Assembly (NCBI GenBank): GCA_964529995.1
Contig: CAZGZF010000001.1
Coordinates: 1 to 44,133 of the forward strand
Origin: an uncultured Candidatus Bathyarchaeia archaeon
GTDB lineage: Archaea; Thermoproteota; Bathyarchaeia; 40CM-2-53-6; JALHTG01
DNA: 44,133 nucleotides
Direction of reading: 5' to 3'
Positions within the stretch are counted from its first letter, which is position 1. Every line of letters starts with the position of its first letter. The translations under genes and the position numbers were made by a program. This document shows, one piece after another, positions 36,052-43,660 of the stretch. The notes under the pieces were generated by a model. The model did not search any database, was not told where the DNA came from, and saw only the letters and a program-made list of their open reading frames with translations.

Positions 36052-36110
36052 ATCCTTCGAAATGAGACATCAATCGCAGGTCACGTGTGGAGTTTCAGGA
36101 GAACTGAACA

Positions 36111-36299
36111 ATGACTAAGGGAACGACGGCACATGGCAAGATGGGCCGCTCCAAGAGCCACATTGTCTGTCGGCGATGCGGTCACAGAGCATATAACATC
36201 ACCATGAAGAGGTGCGCTGCCTGCGGGTATGGAGCGTCGGCGAAACTCCGTCGCTACTCGTGGCAGAACAAGAAGACGGACGGCACAAGGATCGTCTAG
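36111..36299 (+). CDS. rpl37e: 50S ribosomal protein L37e (eL37)
   Basis: MTKGTTAHGKMGRSKSHIVCRRCGHRAYNITMKRCAACGY is a Zn-ribbon C4 motif. GGAG lies 9 nt upstream. This is the conserved Sm-L37e gene pair. Confidence 0.95.
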   Translation: MTKGTTAHGKMGRSKSHIVCRRCGHRAYNITMKRCAACGYGASAKLRRYSWQNKKTDGTRIV

Positions 36300-36375
36300 C
36301 TCAGAACGACAGCTATGACGATCAGCGGCTGCCTCACGCCTTGTGTGGCAGCTTTGTCTGCTTCAATGAGACGCT

Positions 36376-37737
36376 TCATTTCATCTTGGCAAAATTGTGT
36401 ATCGTCCTCGCCATCCACTTCGTTGCCTTGACGAAGTCTTGGATTCGAATGTTCTCGTTCGGCGAGTGCCCTCTGGTATACGGGTAGCCGACGCCTATGC
36501 ATACGCACGGAGCCCTGAGGATATTCGTGAACAGATACATTGGGCCTGTCCCTGCCGACGATATGCTCACGACAGGTGGTTTTGCATACTCTTGCTTTGC
36601 ACCTTCCAAGGCAGCCTTGACGAACGGATCGCTGGGCGAAGTTCTGGCTGCCTCTTCCATGCCAAGTTCGCGCACAATAATGTCACCGTACCCCTTCGCC
36701 CTCAGGTGCTTCTTCAGTCGTCCCAAGAGAGCTTTCGGCTTCTGAGCGAGCACTAACCTGAAATCGACTTTTGCGAGGGCTTTTGAGGGTAGAACGGTTT
36801 TTATGCGCGGGCCAGTCCATCCTGATACTAGGCCGCATATGGTGCAGGTGGGCTTGCCTGCCAGCGCCTTCTTGGCTTCAAGGCCCTTCATGCCTCCTAT
36901 GAAGGATTTGATGCCTAGCTCCTCTTTGATAGCCTTCTCATGGAGTGGTTCGGCCCTCAGGTACTTCAGCTCCTCTTTCGTGAATGGCTTGACGTCTTTG
37001 TACCATCCGGGGATCAGAATGTGGTCCTTCTGGTCCTTCAACGTGTCAAGGGCCCTGACGAGACGCCAAGCAGGGTTGTCCACGATGGCGGCATTCGCCG
37101 AATGAACGTCCCTTACGGGGCCTCTTGCCTCCAATTCGACGTACAGGATCCCCTTCACGCCAAGGGTTATCGTCGGCCTGTCTTCTTCGTCGACGCCTCC
37201 GAACTCCCAAACGACCCCATCACACCTGAACTTGTCGCTGTACTGTTCGAAGTACTGTTCAAGGTGTAGGCTGCTTATCTCCTCCTCGCCTTCAACGAGG
37301 AACTTGAAGTTGCAGGGAACGTCTCCCTTGGTTTTGAGCCAGGATTCCACTAGTTTGAGCCTAGAGACGAGGTTCCCCTTGTTGTCTGCAACTCCCCTTC
37401 CGAACATCTTGCCTTCTCTCACCGATGGCTCGAATGGCGGCGTCTCCCAAAGCTCCAAAGGCTCCGCGGGTTGGACATCGTAGTGGTCGTAGAAGAGAAC
37501 CGTCCGGTCAGGATTCTTCTTCGATTGTATTTCTCCATAGACTATGGGGAAGGCGTCTGCCACTTCTAGCAATTCTGCCTTGACGCCGGTCTCCTCCATC
37601 ATCTTTGCGACAAGCTGAGCGCACTCCCTCATGCCTTCGTTCTTGGCTGCAACGCTAGGCTGGCGAATCAAGGTTTCAAGATCGGTCAGGAAGCGCTGAT
37701 AGTTCTGATCTACGTAGTTCAGAACCTTTTTCACCAA
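36376..37737 (-). CDS. M20 family dipeptidase/carboxypeptidase (ArgE/DapE/ACY1/CPG2 group)
   Basis: Motifs YDHYDVQPAEP, GRGVADNKGNL and EGEEEISS. 453 aa. Start is TTG 37737 or GTG 37734. Confidence 0.85.
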   Translation of the reverse strand: MVKKVLNYVDQNYQRFLTDLETLIRQPSVAAKNEGMRECAQLVAKMMEETGVKAELLEVADAFPIVYGEIQSKKNPDRTVLFYDHYDVQPAEPLELWETPPFEPSVREGKMFGRGVADNKGNLVSRLKLVESWLKTKGDVPCNFKFLVEGEEEISSLHLEQYFEQYSDKFRCDGVVWEFGGVDEEDRPTITLGVKGILYVELEARGPVRDVHSANAAIVDNPAWRLVRALDTLKDQKDHILIPGWYKDVKPFTKEELKYLRAEPLHEKAIKEELGIKSFIGGMKGLEAKKALAGKPTCTICGLVSGWTGPRIKTVLPSKALAKVDFRLVLAQKPKALLGRLKKHLRAKGYGDIIVRELGMEEAARTSPSDPFVKAALEGAKQEYAKPPVVSISSAGTGPMYLFTNILRAPCVCIGVGYPYTRGHSPNENIRIQDFVKATKWMARTIHNFAKMK

Positions 37738-37772
37738 CGCAGATCACGTCTAGTAAACTAGGCGGCAGGAGA

Positions 37773-37785
37773 GCAATAACGCTTT
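37773..37785 (-). promoter_or_regulatory. Candidate BRE/TATA (minus-strand AAAGCGTTATTGC) for the M20 dipeptidase gene
   Basis: Lies about 40-50 nt upstream of the start, with the same AAAG-N-TTAT pattern. Confidence 0.35.
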
Positions 37786-37821
37786 GCAGATGCCAGTTCT
37801 CACTTGGCAGGAATCAATTGG

Positions 37822-37898
37822 TGGTGGGCGCACGCGGATTTGAACCGCGGACCGTCACCGTGTCAGGGTGACATCCTAACCAACTAGACGATGCGCCC
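37822..37898 (-). tRNA. tRNA-Val (anticodon GAC), 3' CCA encoded
   Basis: Manual cloverleaf: acceptor GGGCGCA/TGCGCCC, D arm with GG, anticodon stem TCACC/GGTGA with loop CTGACAC, 5-nt variable loop, T arm CGCGG-TTCAAAT-CCGCG, discriminator A, then CCA. Confidence 0.93.
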
Positions 37899-37911
37899 TC
37901 AGGAAAATACG

Positions 37912-39186
37912 TCAGGACGAAAATAAAGCCTTGCTTGACATGCCAACTCGAGGATCGTTTCGGCGTAGCATAGGAACGGCAGCTTTCAACTCTCTGAGCA
38001 CCCTCTCAACGTTCTCGGCACAGATCTCTGGCTCAGGAATGGCCTCAGCTTCTGAATCGCGGAGCCTGCTCGGAGCCGTTTCTCCCGATGCTTTCTCATA
38101 CTGCTCCCGCCAAGAGTTGGGAATCTGATCTTCAAGTTGTGTCTCAGCGAGCTTTGAGAACGCCAAAGTCCAACAACGAGCCACACTACTCAGCGAGTAT
38201 CCACCACCTCCAAATAAGAGGACTCTACCGTCGCACAGTTCATGGGCTAACGAGTGAACCATCTCCACCATTTGCTCGTAGCAGCTGGTTGTCAACCCAA
38301 GATTCGCGAGACGGTCGTCAAAGTGCGAGTCAGCGCCACACTGCATCAGGATGACCTCAGGCGCAAACGCCTTAGCCATTCTCGGAACGATCTCTCGAAA
38401 TGCTCGAAGATACGAAACGTCACCCGTTCTAGGAAGCAGAGGCACATTCACCTTCAAGCCCCTTGCCTGCCCTTCGCCCATTTCCCTTGGAAAACCTGTC
38501 CCCGGAAAGAGGTATCTTCCGTCTTGATGAAAGTCTATGTTCAAGAGCGAGGGGTCGGAGTAGAAGCCGTACATGACGCCGTCTCCATGATGGGCATCCA
38601 CGTCTAAGTAGAGCATCTTCTTCACTTGGTATCGGCGCTTCAGGTAGGCGACTACAATGGCCGGATCATTGAAGATGCAGAACCCGGAAGCCGCGTCAGG
38701 GTGCGCGTGGTGTAATCCGCCCGCAGGGTTGAAGGCGTGATCTGCTTTCTTCTCCATCAATAGGTCTGCCGCCAAGATCGAGCCTCCAACGTAAAGCTTG
38801 GAGGATTCGAAGCACCCCTTGAATGACGGTGTGTCGCCCAGATCAAGTAATCCTTCGCCCGTTCTACTCAACCTCTCAACTAGGTCCACGTAATCCCTTG
38901 TATGAAACAACAGAACCTGCTCGGTATCGGCCATTCTTGGCTTTGCCGGCAATACATTGGGCTGCTCTAGCAGTCCTGTCGATCGAGCCAGTTCAGCTGC
39001 CAGTTTCAGCCTTACGGGCCTAAGAGGGTGAGAAGGACCGAAATCATAGGATAGAAACGCGTCGTCGTAGAGAAAGACGGTCTTTCCGCTCAAAGTTGAA
39101 GCAACATCCCGTGATGTCTTGTCCGCAATTTCTTGGCGTGGCTGATCCCACATGGGAAATGGCTTGGCATCGAAAAACTCCTCCAC
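37912..39186 (-). CDS. Histone deacetylase-family enzyme (AcuC / acetylpolyamine amidohydrolase-like)
   Basis: Motifs GGLHHAHPDAASGFCIFND, DVDAHHGDG and GGGGY. GTG start with GGAGG 4 nt upstream, 13 nt after the FAH gene. Confidence 0.88.
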   Translation of the reverse strand: MEEFFDAKPFPMWDQPRQEIADKTSRDVASTLSGKTVFLYDDAFLSYDFGPSHPLRPVRLKLAAELARSTGLLEQPNVLPAKPRMADTEQVLLFHTRDYVDLVERLSRTGEGLLDLGDTPSFKGCFESSKLYVGGSILAADLLMEKKADHAFNPAGGLHHAHPDAASGFCIFNDPAIVVAYLKRRYQVKKMLYLDVDAHHGDGVMYGFYSDPSLLNIDFHQDGRYLFPGTGFPREMGEGQARGLKVNVPLLPRTGDVSYLRAFREIVPRMAKAFAPEVILMQCGADSHFDDRLANLGLTTSCYEQMVEMVHSLAHELCDGRVLLFGGGGYSLSSVARCWTLAFSKLAETQLEDQIPNSWREQYEKASGETAPSRLRDSEAEAIPEPEICAENVERVLRELKAAVPMLRRNDPRVGMSSKALFSS

Positions 39187-39199
39187 CTGCCTCCGCCGT

Positions 39200-40159
39200 C
39201 TAAATGGTTTTTGCCACTACCTTATTTCTAATGAATCCGAGACCCTCGATCCGAGTCTCCACGACATCGCCTACCTTCAAGTATCCTGGCGGTGACATTC
39301 CGAGTGCTACGCCAGCAGGTGTGCCTGTCCCGATTATGTCTCCCGGCTCAAGCGTCATGTCCTGAGAGAGAAACTCGATTATCTCAGGGATCTTGAAGAT
39401 CATGTTTCGTGTGTTGGATCTCTGTCGTGGCTGCCCATTCAAGGTTAGTTCCATATCGAGATCATGTGGATCAGCTATCTCATCCTTAGTGACTAGATAC
39501 GGGCCTAGGGGCGCAAAGGAATCGAGGCTCTTACTCTTGAACCATTGTCCATGTGTCCGCTGCAAATCCCTCGCGCTGACATCGTTGAGAATCGTGTATC
39601 CCGCCACGAAGTCTAAGGCATCATCCCTCGAGATGTCTTTCCCGCTTCTACCAAGGACCACAGCGAGCTCAACCTCATAATCCAACTCGGCAGTTGCTGA
39701 GGGATACACTATGTCATCGTACGGACCTATAACGGCAGTTGGAGACTTTGTGAAGAAGACTGGAACTGAGGGAAGGGGTTCGCCTCTCCTTCCCAACGTC
39801 TCAGCCCAGTGATCGTGATAGTTCAAGCCTAGGCATACGATGTTCTTCCTAGGGCGCGGAATGGGCGAATTCAAGCGAACCTGTGACAGAGGCAATATGA
39901 CGCCTGCTCTTCGCAGAGAGACATCCGATCCCTCAGAGGTGAGACGCGAAACTTCGAGCACAAGACTTCTGATAGCACGCAAAGCTTGCTCCCCTCGATC
40001 GAGAAGAGAAACGATGTCTGTGAGATTGGGCGGCATCATAGAACCATAGTTCTTGCCCTCGGCGAGTTCCTTTCTTGCTGAGAGGAGGTCGATTATCGTC
40101 TCGTTTGACTGGACTCCGATTCTGGTCTCAGCTTTGTGGTTGTAGCTCACCAGCTTCAT
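39200..40159 (-). CDS. Fumarylacetoacetate hydrolase (FAH) family protein
   Basis: Motifs NIVCLGLNYHDH, DYEVELAVVLG and IIGTGTPAGV. The N-terminal ~100 aa form a DUF2437-like extension. Confidence 0.88.
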   Translation of the reverse strand: MKLVSYNHKAETRIGVQSNETIIDLLSARKELAEGKNYGSMMPPNLTDIVSLLDRGEQALRAIRSLVLEVSRLTSEGSDVSLRRAGVILPLSQVRLNSPIPRPRKNIVCLGLNYHDHWAETLGRRGEPLPSVPVFFTKSPTAVIGPYDDIVYPSATAELDYEVELAVVLGRSGKDISRDDALDFVAGYTILNDVSARDLQRTHGQWFKSKSLDSFAPLGPYLVTKDEIADPHDLDMELTLNGQPRQRSNTRNMIFKIPEIIEFLSQDMTLEPGDIIGTGTPAGVALGMSPPGYLKVGDVVETRIEGLGFIRNKVVAKTI

Positions 40160-40186
40160 GAAGCTTAACCCCGGGAATGATGTCTC

Positions 40187-40202
40187 GAAACGCTTTTATT
40201 CG
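40187..40202 (+). promoter_or_regulatory. Candidate BRE/TATA (GAAACGCTTTTATTCG) for the flavodoxin-like gene
   Basis: Lies about 45 nt upstream of ATG 40242. Confidence 0.35.
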
Positions 40203-40241
40203 CTGCGATTGAAGTTGACGGACTCGTGCGAGGTTACTTGG

Positions 40242-40703
40242 ATGACGACAATCCTCATCATCTATGACAGCAAGACGGGAAACACGGCGAACATGGCGAG
40301 CGCGATCGCTGAAGGCGCAAGATCTGCCGGCGCCGAGGTCGCAGTGCGAAAGCTTGGAGAAAGGTTCTCGATGGACGACCTCTCAAAGGCTGACGCGATC
40401 CTTGTCGGCTCGCCCACTCATTATGGGAGCACAACCTCTGAGATGCGTCACTTCCTAGAGTCGTTGGATGAGCTGAGAAGAGCGCGCAAGTTGAATCTGA
40501 GAGGGAAGATAGGTGGAGGATTCGGGTCGTATGGCTGGAGCGGCGAAGCGCTTGAACGGATATCGGGAGCCCTCAGAGTGCTCGGGATGGCCGTGAAGCT
40601 TCCCACGCTCAGAGTAGTCGAAAGTCCTGGAGAAAGCGATCTCGACAAGTGTAGAGAGTTCGGGAAATCAGCGGCGCAGGCAACCCTTCGAGGAAAGAAG
40701 TAG
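40242..40703 (+). CDS. Flavodoxin-like FMN-binding protein
   Basis: ILIIYDSKTGNTANMA (FMN phosphate loop) and ILVGSPTHYG. The ORF is open to 40158, but that part overlaps the FAH start region, so ATG 40242 is preferred. Confidence 0.8.
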   Translation: MTTILIIYDSKTGNTANMASAIAEGARSAGAEVAVRKLGERFSMDDLSKADAILVGSPTHYGSTTSEMRHFLESLDELRRARKLNLRGKIGGGFGSYGWSGEALERISGALRVLGMAVKLPTLRVVESPGESDLDKCREFGKSAAQATLRGKK

Positions 40704-40746
40704 CATCGTAGAATGATTCCTAGTTCCCAATAGGAATCAGCCAGAG

Positions 40747-41274
40747 CTACTTGATCTGAACTCTGTGCTTCTTGACCTCAGTAGGCGTCTTCTTAGGGAC
40801 TCTGATCTCAAGCAGTCCATCTTTGAGTGCCGCTTCGGCCTTGTCCGGTACGACCTCATCCGGAAACGTAAGGCTCCTGTGGATCTTCGAGTATCCCCTC
40901 TCTTGGCGCACGAAACCCTCCTTCTCCTCCCTGATGTCCGTCCTGGCTTCGCCCGATATCTCGATGGACCTCGGGGTTATCGTGATGTCCAATTTCTCTT
41001 TAGGTATTCCAGGTACCTCAGCACAGATCCGGTACTCATTCCCAGCGTCTATGATGTCGGCGCAGGCCTCCCTTGACTCAGGTAGCTTAAGGACTGGAAG
41101 CCACGGCCTCATCCAACCAGTTCTAATCGGGGCAAGCATGTACTCAAATCCCTTCTTGAAGTCCTCAAACATCAGGTCCATCTCCCTTAGAAACTCCGTC
41201 GCACGCCAAGGTGCGATCTCAGCCTTCCTTTCTGCCCTCTCTTTCACAGGAACCTTCTCCTTTCTTTCAGACAA
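40747..41274 (-). CDS. Small heat-shock protein (Hsp20 / alpha-crystallin domain)
   Basis: The alpha-crystallin domain runs DIIDAGNEYRICAEVPGIPKEKLDITI...GLLEIRVPKK. TTG start directly after an in-frame TAG, with GGAGGTGA 5 nt upstream. Confidence 0.9.
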   Translation of the reverse strand: MSERKEKVPVKERAERKAEIAPWRATEFLREMDLMFEDFKKGFEYMLAPIRTGWMRPWLPVLKLPESREACADIIDAGNEYRICAEVPGIPKEKLDITITPRSIEISGEARTDIREEKEGFVRQERGYSKIHRSLTFPDEVVPDKAEAALKDGLLEIRVPKKTPTEVKKHRVQIK

Positions 41275-41514
41275 CTACTTCACCTCCATGTGCTGTCTAG
41301 AGAAGTTGTGAGATTGGAGATGCCTTTGTCGCCAAATATCTTTCCATCTCCGCGAGCTAGAGCTGAGGCATACTGCAGTCAGCATTGGACGGGCAATAAC
41401 CTTTCACAGACATCTGCAGATCTGGTGAACAGCCCGACCCGTCGGACATCAAACCAGATAGCGTCTCAATCATGACTCCTGTGAATAGCAAATGGAAAGG
41501 CCCCGTTTCTGGGA

Positions 41515-41535
41515 GGGGGTGTTAACACGCCCCCC
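41515..41535 (+). other. GC-rich hairpin GGGGGTGT-TAAC-ACGCCCCC in the Hsp20/MFS divergent intergenic region
   Basis: Eight pairs (one G-T) around a 4-nt loop, read directly. The GTGTTAAC core recurs at 41585-41592. Confidence 0.4.
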
Positions 41536-41650
41536 CAGTTACGCTAAGTTCTGAGATTCCCAAGAGTCTCATGACCGAGCGTAAGTGTTAACTACCAATC
41601 GTGACCAACCGGTAGCCCGCCCACGCTCTGGCGATTGAGGTTCTATCAAG

Positions 41651-42874
41651 ATGACCGAGAAGCCAGTCTCCACTGAAGAGAAGCGTTCACCTGGAAAGCT
41701 TATCCAGCCCTCGCTTGTTCTTTCTCGTTTCGCAGTTCAACCTCACGGTCTTCTCATAGGGCTTCTTCTAGTTGACATAGGACTCACTTTCGGCGTTCCT
41801 GTAGGTGTTGCAGGGCAGATCCGTACTATCTCCTACGTTGCTTCAGTGATTTTCGCATTGCTTATGGGTGTTTTGAGTCTTCGGTTCAGACACAAGTCGT
41901 TGCTATTGATTGGGCTTTTGTTGTTGAATGTCTCGGCTCTGACTTGTGCATTTGCTCCTAGTTTCATCACGATGTTGATTTTCTTCTCAATTTGGGGGGT
42001 AGCTTTGGCCCTAGTTGGACCTATGGGGCTAACGCTGGTCGGAGAGCATTTCCCTCGGGAGAGGAGGGCTAGTGTGATTGGGTGGATTTTCGGAGGCAAT
42101 GCCATAGCATATGTTGTTGGGGCGCCGGCCGTCGGCTTCATAGCTGGCCTGGGAGGATGGCGCTTGGCTTTCCTCGGGTTCGTGCTGCCAATCGCTCTAT
42201 TCAGCCTCCTCTTGGCGATCAAAGGCGTGCCTTCCACACCCAGTGGCCGACAATCAGCATTAGGCATGCGAGATTACATGGCAGGTTTCAAAGGAGTCTT
42301 CTCCAGCATATCTGCTGATGCTTGCTTGGCAGGTAATGCGCTTTCAATGGCTTCGTGGGCGGCCATTCTGACATACTCGGCCTCGTTCTTCAGGCAACGA
42401 TTCATGGTCTCAACTGGTTTCGCGTCCATTGCGATATTGGTTGCAGCTTTGTGCTTCTTTTCGGGTAGCGTGGCCGGCGGTCGAATTGTCAAGAAGCTCG
42501 GAAGGAAGCCTGTAACGGTCCTTGCAGCCTTCTTCGCAGGCCTATTCACGTTTGCCTTCGCGAACTTCCCTGATCTATGGTTGTCCATGACTCTCGCATT
42601 CATTGGCAGTTTTTCAGCGGGTTTGAGAGTTACAGCCTCCAATAGTCTGACTCTTGAACAGGTTCCAGAGTTCCGCGGAACAATGATGTCAATCAGCTCT
42701 GCGGCAGACAATGCTGGTTCATCTCTTGGAGCGGGGATCGGAGGAGCAGCGCTTCTCCTATTCAACTATGAAGGAATGGCAATGTCTCTCGGAGCCATGG
42801 GCATAGCAGCAGCCATAGTCTTCCAGCTCCTGGCAACCGACCCGGCAAGAGCTGAAAAACGTCAAGACTCCTAG
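41651..42874 (+). CDS. Major facilitator superfamily transporter
   Basis: 407 aa with about 12 hydrophobic helices. The loop between TM2 and TM3 (LSLRFRHK) and the overall two-half symmetry are typical of MFS. Confidence 0.85.
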   Translation: MTEKPVSTEEKRSPGKLIQPSLVLSRFAVQPHGLLIGLLLVDIGLTFGVPVGVAGQIRTISYVASVIFALLMGVLSLRFRHKSLLLIGLLLLNVSALTCAFAPSFITMLIFFSIWGVALALVGPMGLTLVGEHFPRERRASVIGWIFGGNAIAYVVGAPAVGFIAGLGGWRLAFLGFVLPIALFSLLLAIKGVPSTPSGRQSALGMRDYMAGFKGVFSSISADACLAGNALSMASWAAILTYSASFFRQRFMVSTGFASIAILVAALCFFSGSVAGGRIVKKLGRKPVTVLAAFFAGLFTFAFANFPDLWLSMTLAFIGSFSAGLRVTASNSLTLEQVPEFRGTMMSISSAADNAGSSLGAGIGGAALLLFNYEGMAMSLGAMGIAAAIVFQLLATDPARAEKRQDS

Positions 42875-43124
42875 CTACACGCAATTTCCTGAACTGAGGA
42901 TTGTAACCGCCCTAGAGTGACGGACCGGGCGGGATTCACTATCTTGCTCCCGTGTCAAGTGGGAATTCCTTGGGTTCGGTAAGTTGCAAACTCAGATCCT
43001 GGCTCTGTGTACCGCGGTCTCTTCTGTGATATTTGTGATCCCATATATAGCAGGGGTGTGAGAAAGAGCATGGCGCATGATAAAGTAGACAACTCCTACT
43101 CATACAGGAAAAGGGGTTCCCGAG

Positions 43125-43382
43125 TCATCGGTAGACGATCTTTCTGTGTTCGAATCTAAGTAGATACAGCGTTTCGCCTTGTACGGCATATATCAGCCTA
43201 TATGGCGGAACGTGTAAAGATCGTTCGCCCTTCAAGGCGAATCGCGAAGGCTTACCAGTTTCTGGGCTATCAAGTATCTTTGAGATCTGTTCCTTCACGC
43301 GGCCCTTGACTGTTCTATCCCTGACTTTCCTGAATTCACGCTCGAACTTCTTGGTCCAGACAACTTCTTTGATGGTTACCAA
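43125..43382 (-). CDS. Type II toxin, RelE/ParE superfamily
   Basis: 85 aa ending YRLIYAVQGETLYLLRFEHRKIVY, typical of RelE-like toxins. TTG start overlaps the antitoxin stop by 7 nt. Confidence 0.8.
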   Translation of the reverse strand: MVTIKEVVWTKKFEREFRKVRDRTVKGRVKEQISKILDSPETGKPSRFALKGERSLHVPPYRLIYAVQGETLYLLRFEHRKIVYR

Positions 43383-43660
43383 GTCTCAAGCTCTTCAAGG
43401 AATCTTTTTCTTCCAGTCCGACGCGCCTCTCCGCGTTCAATCTCCTCCCAAGCTCTTTCGACTTCCTGGAAGATTTTCAGATCTGCCTGAAGCGATTCAC
43501 TATCGACTCTCTTTAGAACAACGAAGTCACCTTTGCGTGGCGTCAAGATTGCGAACACACTACCTGCTTCTATGCCCAGTTTTTTCCTTAGGCGGGATGG
43601 AATCACGACTTGACCCTTGGAGCTGATGCGAGTTAGCTCTGGCACGGCTTCTCTTTTCAT
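43376..43660 (-). CDS. Type II antitoxin with AbrB/SpoVT (MazE-like) DNA-binding domain
   Basis: The ISSKGQVVIPSRLRKKLGIEAG motif is a swapped-hairpin barrel motif. 94 aa from ATG 43660. The ORF reads open to 43999, but the upstream translation looks non-protein-like. Confidence 0.75.
   Translation of the reverse strand: MKREAVPELTRISSKGQVVIPSRLRKKLGIEAGSVFAILTPRKGDFVVLKRVDSESLQADLKIFQEVERAWEEIERGEARRTGRKRFLEELETW

Noticed and set aside
36328-36360. GCTGCC-N13-GGCAGC hairpin followed by TTTGTCTGCTT after rpl37e, as a terminator.
   Set aside because: The stem is short, the loop is long, and the T-run is interrupted. This is insufficient to call an archaeal terminator without transcript data.
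40158-40241. 28-codon extension of the flavodoxin-like ORF.
   Set aside because: The flavodoxin fold starts with the beta-strand ILIIYDS right after ATG 40242. The extension would start inside the FAH start codon region and cover the TATA-like element.
40772-41311. 179-aa plus-strand ORF covering the whole Hsp20 gene in antisense. Similar long antisense ORFs occur at 7543-8016 (smc), 24415-24879 (cinA/zinc-ribbon), 30328-30957 (ABC permease), 34013-34549 (GT2), 29539-29991 and 36397-36756.
   Set aside because: Each lies opposite a gene with strong family motifs. Their translations are low-complexity (S/L/R/P-rich) with no recognisable motifs. They are typical shadow ORFs of mid-GC coding sequence.
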